Shown piece after piece: positions 1 to 7,492 of a stretch of DNA of 43,068 nt; positions within the stretch are counted from its first letter, which is position 1, and each line of letters starts with the position of its first letter. Origin of the DNA: a virus (taxonomy: Duplodnaviria; Caudoviricetes); IMG/VR virus record IMGVR_UViG_3300043173_000374, positions 1 to 43,068 of that record. One strand, given 5' to 3'. A model generated the notes under the pieces. It did no database searches and had not been told where the DNA came from. It saw only the letters and a program-made list of their open reading frames with translations. A program made the translations under genes and the position numbers.

Positions 1-127
1 CGGTATCTGTTAACCCCTGCGTCCTTACCCTTTAAATCCATAAATTTAAAATTAACTTCTTTCATCTCTGTGTAAAACTGAACGCCCTTTTTCATCTCTC
101 AATCCCTCCCGGTTAAAGTGTTTACCT
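1..127. repeat. Terminal overlap, identical to 42942-43068 (circular contig, unit length ~42,941 bp)
   Basis: The first 127 nt match the last 127 nt exactly; 127 is a common assembler k-mer size. Confidence 0.95.
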
Positions 128-140
128 CATCTTGTATATA

Positions 141-169
141 ACTATACCATTGTATATAAATAGTGTCAA
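141..169 (-). promoter_or_regulatory. Leftward sigma70-type promoter driving the early-gene array across the circular junction
   Basis: Minus strand reads TTGACA-17 nt-TATAGT with a TG extended -10. A TTGTATATAA direct repeat (132-141, 150-159) overlaps it. Confidence 0.75.
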
Positions 170-215
170 GCATAAATCTGCAAATAAATCACTTTTATTG
201 CATTATTTTTTGATA

Positions 216-262
216 CCACTACATCTTGTGCCACTATTTTCTTGACATACTATATGTAGTAT
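216..262. promoter_or_regulatory. Tandem NrdR-like boxes overlapping a rightward promoter (-35 TTGACA at 242-247)
   Basis: CCACTACATCTTGTGC (216-231) and ATACTATATGTAGTAT (247-262) resemble acaCwAtATaTwGtgt; their starts are 31 bp apart. Confidence 0.65.
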
Positions 263-278
263 GTTATTGCTTATCACT

Positions 279-710
279 ATGGGACATATACAGCCAGTTG
301 CAAAGATAGACTTAGATAAGGCCGTTAAATTAAAGTTCTTACACGGCAACACCGACGAGAATATTGCAAAGATATTCGGCACGTCACGCCAGGCAGTCAC
401 CAAACGACTCAAACCTTTCCATGACATACTTACGGATCAAGGCACGCTTGACACGTTCCGCGGCAACTATACAAACATATTAAGAAATTCCAGCTTTACG
501 TTAATGCAGGCCCTGCATGATCCTGATAAAATCGAAGCAGCAAGCCTCAACAATGTAGCTTACGCATTTAATACAGTAGCGAACCACTTAAGGCTGGAAG
601 AGAACAAGACAACCGACAATGTTGGTTTTCAAGGACTCGTTGCGCATATTCAAAAGAGCGCCGATGATTTGGACAATATGAAGGACGCACTCTTCGAAGC
701 TATGGACTAG
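279..710 (+). CDS. HTH protein, putative terminase small subunit (ORF track starts at 261; ATG 279 more likely)
   Basis: N-terminal HTH (TDENIAKIFGTSRQAVTKRL), helical C-terminus, first gene of the packaging operon upstream of terL. Confidence 0.6.
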   Translation: MGHIQPVAKIDLDKAVKLKFLHGNTDENIAKIFGTSRQAVTKRLKPFHDILTDQGTLDTFRGNYTNILRNSSFTLMQALHDPDKIEAASLNNVAYAFNTVANHLRLEENKTTDNVGFQGLVAHIQKSADDLDNMKDALFEAMD

Positions 711-713
711 CAG

Positions 714-755
714 CCTGTGGATAACCTGGCAGCAACCCCTGTGGATAACCTGGCA
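714..755. promoter_or_regulatory. Two perfect DnaA boxes within an 18-bp direct repeat
   Basis: CCTGTGGATAACCTGGCA at 714-731 and 738-755; TGTGGATAA is the reverse complement of TTATCCACA (716-724, 740-748). Confidence 0.7.
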
Positions 756-825
756 TGGGGGTGGGGCCATTAGCTAATAGCTCAATGTTATTAGCTACTT
801 AGCCCCGATACTTAATGTTTTACCT

Positions 826-853
826 AGGTCTGATAAGGTTTATTATGTTAACT
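826..853 (+). other. dif-like XerC/XerD recombination site
   Basis: AGGTCTGATAA-GGTTTA-TTATGTTAACT: 11-6-11 layout, XerD arm 10/11 identical to TTATGTTAAAT, XerC arm ending ATAA. Confidence 0.75.
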
Positions 854-880
854 CTTAGGTAAAGTAAGTAGCTTACTTAC

Positions 881-916
881 GGGGGTACGGGGGGAGGGGG
901 AGAACCGATTGGGGGG
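881..916 (+). other. G-rich tract (four runs of 5-6 G) with G-quadruplex potential; candidate packaging-region element
   Basis: GGGGG tac GGGGGG a GGGGG agaaccgatt GGGGGG. Confidence 0.5.
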
Positions 917-941
917 TGATTAAAGTTACTACCCTGTTCAG

Positions 942-960
942 GAAAAAATTTTACTAAAAG
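942..960 (+). repeat. 19-bp direct repeat, copy 1 (GAAAAAATTTTACTAAAAG)
   Basis: Identical to 1707-1725; both copies lie just upstream of an RBS and ATG. Confidence 0.8.
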
Positions 961-975
961 CCGAAAGGGGTAAGC

Positions 976-1242
976 ATGTCACTAAAAGCCATAAGCCATC
1001 TGCATAAAGCTGCGAACACAGGGCACAGAACTGTAAAGCAACTGCTCGAAGACGAACTTGAGCGCCATAACAACGCTGAGTGGCCAGAAGAGGAAAGATA
1101 CAACAAAGCGGTGATCCTCTACCTGGACGACACTAAAGAGGAATACCATACAGGATTTGCTCAAGCGGGAATGAAGATGTCGGAATGCGTGGCATTATGC
1201 AGTATAAGTGAAAGTCGATTTGAAAAAGAAATGAATTACTAA
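976..1242 (+). CDS. Hypothetical protein
   Basis: 88-aa ORF with AAGGGG RBS, co-oriented with the operon. Confidence 0.7.
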   Translation: MSLKAISHLHKAANTGHRTVKQLLEDELERHNNAEWPEEERYNKAVILYLDDTKEEYHTGFAQAGMKMSECVALCSISESRFEKEMNY

Positions 1243-1268
1243 AAGCGATTAGCGGAAAGAGCATTGTT

Positions 1269-1448
1269 ATGGGATTATTTGATATTTTAGAAGATGTAAT
1301 AGATGCGGCAATTGAGCTACCGGGCAAGGTGCTTGAGACTACAGTGGAGACTGTAGTGAGAATCCCTGAAGTGGGCATTAAAGCAGTAGAGGGGGTCGTA
1401 ACCGGTGTTGAAAAAGGTATTGAAAAGGTAGATAAGGCGATTAGCTAA
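1269..1448 (+). CDS. Small amphipathic hypothetical protein (59 aa, MGLFDILEDV...KVDKAIS)
   Basis: Read directly from sequence; below the ORF-track cutoff and fills the gap. Confidence 0.65.
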   Translation: MGLFDILEDVIDAAIELPGKVLETTVETVVRIPEVGIKAVEGVVTGVEKGIEKVDKAIS

Positions 1449-1452
1449 AAGC

Positions 1453-1600
1453 GCTTTGTGTATTGGCCGAGGCAGCTGTGCCTTGTAACAGGTGAGGTGT
1501 GCCAGTGAATCAGGTTTGACGCCCTGATATGATCGGCACTAAAAGGGAGTTGTCGCTCCAAGCGGTGGAATACCGCACTGCCTCGGCGAGTACATAAAGC
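1453..1600 (+). ncRNA. Multibranched structured RNA of unknown family
   Basis: Closing helix 1453-1475/1578-1600 (22 bp with G-U pairs, one mismatch) encloses four hairpins. Confidence 0.6.
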
Positions 1601-1611
1601 TAACAACCAAA

Positions 1612-1692
1612 AGCCCCATGCCCTAAGCTACCAGCTATACGCCACGAGCGTACAACTAAAGCGCAGAGCTAAGAGCAAGACGGGACGGGGCT
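1612..1692 (+). ncRNA. Second smaller multibranched RNA element
   Basis: AGCCCC/GGGGCT and CCC/GGG closing stems; internal TACGC/GCGTA and AGCT/AGCT hairpins. Confidence 0.4.
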
Positions 1693-1706
1693 ACACATTT
1701 TAAAAA

Positions 1707-1725
1707 GAAAAAATTTTACTAAAAG
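1707..1725 (+). repeat. 19-bp direct repeat, copy 2
   Basis: Identical to 942-960. Confidence 0.8.
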
Positions 1726-1733
1726 GGGATGAT

Positions 1734-1892
1734 ATGCCAAAGGGAAAGGGGTACGGTAGATCCAGAAGGGTAAAAGCACCAGCAAAGCCAAAGCCAAAGG
1801 TCAAGAAGGTGTCTTTGGGCGCGAAGGTGGGTAAGGGCGCGACCTCTGCCATAGCTAAACGTAAAGCCGCTATGAAGGCGTTAGGCTTTTAA
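1734..1892 (+). CDS. Small highly basic protein (52 aa, MPKGKGYGRSRRVK...), possibly DNA-condensing
   Basis: AGGGG RBS; Lys/Arg-rich with no acidic residues. Confidence 0.7.
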   Translation: MPKGKGYGRSRRVKAPAKPKPKVKKVSLGAKVGKGATSAIAKRKAAMKALGF

Positions 1893-1893
1893 G

Positions 1894-2055
1894 GTGTTCG
1901 ATTACAACCAAAGGCCAATAGACGATAAGGCCAGGGACAACTACGATAAAATCTTTAAGCATGGGGCGTACGCTAATAGCGTACAAAAAACCGAGGATAA
2001 GAAAGAGCAAGAACTATCCCCGGTAGAAAAGCCCATACGGAGGAGTAAAGCATGA
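1894..2055 (+). CDS. Small hypothetical protein (53 aa, GTG start, RDNYDKIF motif)
   Basis: Fills the gap; its stop overlaps the next start (ATGA). Confidence 0.5.
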   Translation: MFDYNQRPIDDKARDNYDKIFKHGAYANSVQKTEDKKEQELSPVEKPIRRSKA

Positions 2056-2465
2056 TGAAAAGAATTTTATTTACGCTCGTATTTATAGGCATGGCGCTTG
2101 GGGCTGTGCATCCTGCGACGGCTATTGAGGCGACGCTACTCAACCCGGCGAACCGCCCGGCGCATACGCAAGCCATTCCCATATTCACCAATGAATCGAC
2201 GATAGCTGCCAGTACGGTGTATGACATTGGCTTTCTGGCGTCGGAGCATACGTGGATGTTGGACTTTACGGGATCGCCGACGAGCGTGAGCATAGCCTTT
2301 CAGGGCACCATAGATGGGGCGAATTGGTTCGCCCTGGACACGTATACCGGGACGACAGACACGATGAGGCATGTAGTGAACAAGCCTGTGAGGAAGATAA
2401 GAGTGGACCTGGCCACGCTTGATACAGGGGATGTGACGGTAAAGACTATACATGGCGGGAACTAA
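2052..2465 (+). CDS. Signal-peptide-bearing beta-rich protein
   Basis: MKRILFTLVFIGMALGAVHPATA signal-like N-terminus; FQGTIDGANWF beta-sandwich-like motif; GGAGGAG RBS. Confidence 0.75.
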   Translation: MMKRILFTLVFIGMALGAVHPATAIEATLLNPANRPAHTQAIPIFTNESTIAASTVYDIGFLASEHTWMLDFTGSPTSVSIAFQGTIDGANWFALDTYTGTTDTMRHVVNKPVRKIRVDLATLDTGDVTVKTIHGGN

Positions 2466-4110
2466 AAAGAAACCGAAGTTCAGCAAGGAGGCGCTGGAGC
2501 AGCTACCTCCTGAGCTTAGAAAGGCGATGGTCAATCCTAACAGGACCAAAGAGGAAACCCTCGCCATCATAGCTAAGATCGAAGAGCTACAAGCTAAGAA
2601 CGCTGAGGTTTTAGAAGAAGCGATTAACGCGGACCCTTTCTGGTACTTTGAGCCCTCCACCGGGGATATACCGGAGAAGGGGAGGGAGCTGCTTCGTAAG
2701 TACCTGAAGGAAGAAGACATACCGCAGAAGCTATGCGGGCAGACCGACACCTTCGCGAGTGAAGCATCCAAGATAGGGGTCTTCGGAGGGAACCAGAGTG
2801 GTAAGAGCACGACCGGCGCGATAAACGCTTTCATCTGGACGACAGGGGAAGTGCCGGAGAAGCTGCAAGGCATTGTGCCTGAGAGCATGATCCCTAAGAA
2901 GTTCCCGCAGCATATAAGGGTAATAGCGGTAGACCACAAGCAGTTTAAGAATACGGTACTTGAAACGTACCGCAAGTGGGTGCCGAGAAAGTACCTGAAG
3001 GGTGGCAAGTGGAAGGACAGTTACTCAGCGGAGGACAGACTGTTAACGCTGTACGACCCTAAGACCAACCACCAGACGGTCAAAGGGACTATCGAGTTCA
3101 TGACCAACGCGCAGGACAAGGAGAGCTTTCAGGGGCCTCCTAAGCACGGCATGATCTACGACGAAGAACCAAGGTACGAGATATACAAAGAGAACCTGGC
3201 GCGTTTCACGACGGCTGATAAGATTAAGATTCTCTTTGGTATGACCCCCACTAAGGGGATGAGTTGGGTATCGGACCTGTTCATAAGCGACGATGAGATT
3301 GATAATGTAGAATCTTTTCAGCTTACGTCGGTTACAAACAGGAAAGCCGACCTCGATGTGCTCGATGAGATTTGCGCTGAGTATTCAGACGACTACGAAG
3401 CACTTAAAATGCGTTTGCTCGGCTCGTTCGTGTCGCTGTCCGGGCTTGTCTATGGAAAATTATTCGATAGGAGTTTACATGTCATTGAGCCGTTCCCGAT
3501 TACGAAAGACTACCTGTGCATCACTGGCATGGATCCCCACCTCGTTACTCCTTCTGCTATGGTCTTCTTGTTACTCGACAGGGAAGGTAATGCTTATTTG
3601 GATAGGAGCTACGCCCTCGACATGGACACCGACGAGATTAAAAAGCACTTCCATGAGGTAGTAGCTGATAATGGGTATCGTACAGGTTGGTCGGTGGCGG
3701 ATAAGTCTTCTAACTCGACGATAATAGCGTTTGGCGGCAGGAACATCTTTAAGGAATTATCCAGCGGGCCGGGCGCCATTCCCGCCATGAGAACATCGGA
3801 AAAGTACGAAGGTTCTATCAAGGCAGGCGTGGATGATATCAAGAAGAGGCTTAAAGTTAACGAGAAATCAGGGAAGCCGAGATTTTTTATAGTAAATCGC
3901 CCTGAGAACAAAGATATCATCCATAGTTTTAGGACTTTAGAGCGAGATACTTATGCGAATGAGGAAGTCCAAGGGCCAAAAGATAGAATCAAGGAAGGAA
4001 AGCATCACAAACACGCATCATTGAGGTACATTTTTCAGTATCCGCTTAATTGGTATCCTGAAATAGACTACATACCGCAGCCAGAGTATCTTGACGAGGC
4101 TTGTGGTTAA
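2452..4110 (+). CDS. terL: Terminase large subunit
   Basis: Walker A GGNQSGKST, Walker B MIYDEEP, motif III GMTP, nuclease GMDPH; lies upstream of the portal. Confidence 0.92.
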   Translation: MAGTKKKPKFSKEALEQLPPELRKAMVNPNRTKEETLAIIAKIEELQAKNAEVLEEAINADPFWYFEPSTGDIPEKGRELLRKYLKEEDIPQKLCGQTDTFASEASKIGVFGGNQSGKSTTGAINAFIWTTGEVPEKLQGIVPESMIPKKFPQHIRVIAVDHKQFKNTVLETYRKWVPRKYLKGGKWKDSYSAEDRLLTLYDPKTNHQTVKGTIEFMTNAQDKESFQGPPKHGMIYDEEPRYEIYKENLARFTTADKIKILFGMTPTKGMSWVSDLFISDDEIDNVESFQLTSVTNRKADLDVLDEICAEYSDDYEALKMRLLGSFVSLSGLVYGKLFDRSLHVIEPFPITKDYLCITGMDPHLVTPSAMVFLLLDREGNAYLDRSYALDMDTDEIKKHFHEVVADNGYRTGWSVADKSSNSTIIAFGGRNIFKELSSGPGAIPAMRTSEKYEGSIKAGVDDIKKRLKVNEKSGKPRFFIVNRPENKDIIHSFRTLERDTYANEEVQGPKDRIKEGKHHKHASLRYIFQYPLNWYPEIDYIPQPEYLDEACG

Positions 4111-4310
4111 GGAGGATTACGATGATCTCAGAAAAATTAAAAGCCAGAATTAGAGAAATACCTTTGAAAGAGAGAGCAAAGATGTGCCGTAAAATGATAG
4201 GAGGCATGTGCGCTAAGGGGAGGCCTCCTAAAATGACAGTACCTGTCCAATGGGACGATGAGGACTTTTTTATTACCACGACATTATCGGACTTAGAAGA
4301 GGCTTTATAA
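4101..4310 (+). CDS. Hypothetical protein (start probably ATG 4122)
   Basis: AGGAGG RBS before MISEKL; between terL and portal. Confidence 0.6.
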   Translation: MWLRRITMISEKLKARIREIPLKERAKMCRKMIGGMCAKGRPPKMTVPVQWDDEDFFITTTLSDLEEAL

Positions 4311-4321
4311 CAAAGGGGCTT

Positions 4322-6193
4322 ATGGCTACTAAAATAGAAAAAGAACCTACATTAACACCTGATTTTCTGATAAAACACGCGCAAGATGCTTTTGAGAAGT
4401 CAAAATCGTGGCGGGAAGAGGAGATAGTACCCAGATGGAAGAAGTCTAACGACCTCTACAACGCTGTTTTTGATGTTAAAGAGAGATCGAAGTCCGATGT
4501 GCTGAAAAGCCAGGGGCGTTTGTTTGTCCCTAAGACGTACTCGCACTTACAGCGCATCCTGGTCGATATTATGGAGACTTTTTTCTTCGACCCGGAAGAA
4601 ATTGTCAATATCACCGCCTGGAAGTCCATACCGGCGGAGACTCGGCTGATCGTAAAGGCTATACTCAACTATAGGCTCAACGGGCATCCTATTAACTTCT
4701 ATCAGGAAGCTTTTGAGGCATGTCTTGACGCACTGAAGAACAAAGTAGGCATTCTTAAGGTATATCCTGAGACAAATCTGAAAAAACCTGTAGATGGAGA
4801 GTCTTGGCGGCCTATCATTGAGGCCGTGCCCTATGAGGATGTGTTTTTCGATGCGGAGGCCACTTGGAAAGACTACTATAAGTTCCCCATAACCCACCGC
4901 ATGAGGCGAAGCCTTGACTATCTCAAGAAAAGAGGGTATAAGAACCTCGAATTGCTTGAGAGTGCAACGCACATGGACCCTACAGGTGGCGATGAGATCA
5001 AAGAACAGCGCTCAGAAGATCAGGGCTCGCCTTTCAACGCAAATACAGACAGTACGCCTCTGAACGAGGGGGTGTTCGTGTACGAGACATGGACATTCCT
5101 CGATGTAGACGGCGACGGGCTTCTTGAGAGCTGTTCGTACCTAAGTGGTGGGGATGCACAAGGTCCGAAGGTTTTAATCAGGGATGTTGAAAAGAATGAC
5201 TTACCTTATGACAATGACAGGGCACCATTTGTCGTTGGTTCGGCGTTTCCAGAGCCCCATAAGATGTATGGGAAGGATTTACCGGAAGTTGTAGAGGATC
5301 TTCAGAAAGAAATCAACGCTATCCGTAATCAGAACAGGGAAGCGGTAGCGATAGGCATTAGAAAGCCGCTTCTCGTTAACCGGGGGGCAAATGTTGATCT
5401 TATGAGCTTGGTGAACAGGCGCATAGGGGGCGTCGTAATGGGGGATGACATATCACCGTCCTCTATTCGTGAATTGGAAACAGGCGGGCTTACGGCGGGG
5501 TCTATACAAGAACAGGCCAGAAACGATGCCGACTTCTTCGAGGCCACTTCTCAGTCTCCAACGCAATTCGGGGTATCTACGCCGGGGGAAGAGAGCGCGA
5601 CAGAGAACAGCAACATCCAAGCCAACGCCAATAAGAAAGTTAGCATGATAATAGCCAACCTGGCGCAGACCATGTTTATCCCGGCGTTCAATATGCTCTT
5701 ACAACTTGAGCAAAAACATGAAACAGATAGTTTCATCGAGAAAGTTACGGGCAGAATGCTTGGTATGGCTTTTGAGAAGACGGGGGATGAAGGTGCAGAG
5801 GATGTTGAAGTTATTAAAGGGTTTCCGAAGAAAATAATTCAAGGAGATTTTGAGCTATCAGCTAACACCGGAGTCAGTAAGCAACAACAGTTAAATAAGT
5901 TCTTCCTGCTCATCGACAGGGGCAACATGGTTAACCAGACAACAGCGCAGATGGTACAGACAGGGGTTATAGACCCGACAAAGGCTGAATACTTCGATCT
6001 GATGGCTATGTTCAGAAGGATACTGCCGATTGTCGGTGAGAAGAATGTAGATGATTTCGTATTGCCCGCTCAAGCGCCTCCGCCCCCGCCTTCAGGCGAA
6101 GGGCCCGGTATTCCTTCTCAAAGGGCACCAGCGGCGAGTGAGGGCAATCTAATGGCTGAAATTATGAACAGGAACCCGGAAGGAGGGGCGTAG
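4322..6193 (+). CDS. Portal protein
   Basis: 623 aa after terL; helical, with YGKDLPEVVEDLQKEINAIRNQ and a Pro-rich tail typical of podoviral portals. Confidence 0.88.
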   Translation: MATKIEKEPTLTPDFLIKHAQDAFEKSKSWREEEIVPRWKKSNDLYNAVFDVKERSKSDVLKSQGRLFVPKTYSHLQRILVDIMETFFFDPEEIVNITAWKSIPAETRLIVKAILNYRLNGHPINFYQEAFEACLDALKNKVGILKVYPETNLKKPVDGESWRPIIEAVPYEDVFFDAEATWKDYYKFPITHRMRRSLDYLKKRGYKNLELLESATHMDPTGGDEIKEQRSEDQGSPFNANTDSTPLNEGVFVYETWTFLDVDGDGLLESCSYLSGGDAQGPKVLIRDVEKNDLPYDNDRAPFVVGSAFPEPHKMYGKDLPEVVEDLQKEINAIRNQNREAVAIGIRKPLLVNRGANVDLMSLVNRRIGGVVMGDDISPSSIRELETGGLTAGSIQEQARNDADFFEATSQSPTQFGVSTPGEESATENSNIQANANKKVSMIIANLAQTMFIPAFNMLLQLEQKHETDSFIEKVTGRMLGMAFEKTGDEGAEDVEVIKGFPKKIIQGDFELSANTGVSKQQQLNKFFLLIDRGNMVNQTTAQMVQTGVIDPTKAEYFDLMAMFRRILPIVGEKNVDDFVLPAQAPPPPPSGEGPGIPSQRAPAASEGNLMAEIMNRNPEGGA

Positions 6194-6194
6194 T

Positions 6195-6497
6195 TTGATA
6201 CCAAACGAGGAGATGAACAGACTTCTTGAGATATCCAAGATAGGGGATGACCTCAAGAACTTCAAAGAGGAAGGCGGGTATGCTATTTTGCAGAAGTATA
6301 TACTCGACCCGTTTGAGAAGGAAGCGTTTGAGGCATTTCAAGACGTGATTGCTACAGATGTGGACAGCGTTATTGAAACACAAATGATGGGTAAGATCGT
6401 CAGGAGAATACGACAGGCGATTGAAATTAAGATCAATGAAGGAATGCTGGCAAAAAGTCAGCTAAAAAACAATAGCGAAGGAGAATATGATACATGA
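6195..6497 (+). CDS. Hypothetical protein between portal and scaffold
   Basis: Size and position match the small helical genes found at this locus. Confidence 0.65.
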   Translation: MIPNEEMNRLLEISKIGDDLKNFKEEGGYAILQKYILDPFEKEAFEAFQDVIATDVDSVIETQMMGKIVRRIRQAIEIKINEGMLAKSQLKNNSEGEYDT

Positions 6498-7474
6498 AAA
6501 ATAAAAAAGGAGCAGCTACCCCGGAAGGGACGCCAGCTTCGGAAGAAATTGCAGCGTCAGCTACCCCCGAAGGGGCGCAAGATGATGCACAAGAGCAGCC
6601 CGTAGGCACAACAGATACCCTTTTCCCTGGACACAATACTGCGGAGGAAGCAGTGGAGCCAGCGGCGGAGGATTCCAGTTCGGTCGATGAGGTTGTTGAT
6701 GAGACACCAGAGAAAACAGTAGAACCAGCGAATCCAACTGCGGAAATAAGCGGCGACCGGATGGTGAAAACTGTAATTGATGGTGTTGAGAAAGAGATTC
6801 CTTATTCCGAAGTTCTGAAAGGCTATCAAACGTCAAATCATTTATACAGCGAAAGCCTGAAGCTCGGAGAAGAGAGGAAATCCCTTGAAACTTTAAAAGC
6901 GGAAATAATTGACGCAGCCAAGCAACCAGGGGCGCCGGAACCTACGGTAGAAGACATCGATCCCGAAGGGGTGTACGTTGATCCTGCGGTCATAGCACTG
7001 CGGGACCAGGTAAAAACCCTCACGGAACTTGTCACAAGCCAAGGTAAGAATATCGCAGACACCTCGAAGGTGACAGCGCCTATCGCTTACCAGAACAGTC
7101 TTAAAAGCCTTGATGCAAATTTAATAGCGCAAGGCCATACGGACTTCATGGATTATGTACCTCGGATTGAGGAAGCTATTGCGCTTCTTCCTGAAGAGAG
7201 CCGGAAGCAGGCATACTCTGAGGATTTTTTCTCGCATGAGTTTGCCATGATGAAGCTGAAGGACATGGCAAATCCAGTTAAAGAAGTGATAGCGCCTGTA
7301 AATGCCGATGCAAGGCCGGACCCGAAGGTTGTACCCATTGAGAGTGCGAACTCCAGTGGTTCTCAGGTTGACGACAGTGAAGCCGCGTACAATAAAGCTA
7401 AGGAATTAGCAAAAGAAACCGGCGATTGGTCGAAAGTCTTTAAGATGAAGAAAATCGTCGGGTTTGAACACTAA
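6494..7474 (+). CDS. Capsid scaffolding protein
   Basis: Acidic disordered N-terminus, KTVIDGVEKEIPYSEVLKGYQ motif, AKETGDW C-terminus; directly upstream of the capsid gene. Confidence 0.8.
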   Translation: MKNKKGAATPEGTPASEEIAASATPEGAQDDAQEQPVGTTDTLFPGHNTAEEAVEPAAEDSSSVDEVVDETPEKTVEPANPTAEISGDRMVKTVIDGVEKEIPYSEVLKGYQTSNHLYSESLKLGEERKSLETLKAEIIDAAKQPGAPEPTVEDIDPEGVYVDPAVIALRDQVKTLTELVTSQGKNIADTSKVTAPIAYQNSLKSLDANLIAQGHTDFMDYVPRIEEAIALLPEESRKQAYSEDFFSHEFAMMKLKDMANPVKEVIAPVNADARPDPKVVPIESANSSGSQVDDSEAAYNKAKELAKETGDWSKVFKMKKIVGFEH

Positions 7475-7492
7475 ACTCGGAGGTAATATCAA

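Noticed and set aside
1-127. Biological direct terminal repeat
   Set aside because: It is exactly 127 nt, a common assembler k-mer, and cuts through a gene, so an assembly overlap is the simpler explanation.
891-898. KOPS motif (GGGNAGGG) next to dif
   Set aside because: It is part of a longer G tract and points away from the dif-like site; similar octamers arise from SD-like sequences elsewhere.
1509-1533. tRNA or hammerhead ribozyme within the structured RNA
   Set aside because: There is no cloverleaf with acceptor and anticodon arms, and CTGATATGA does not fit the CUGANGA core with a GAAA partner.
2136-3008. 290-aa minus-strand ORF and other long antisense ORFs (e.g. 16178-16894, 17744-18496, 31979-32509)
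   Set aside because: They are shadows of well-supported genes on the opposite strand, with no motifs or RBS.
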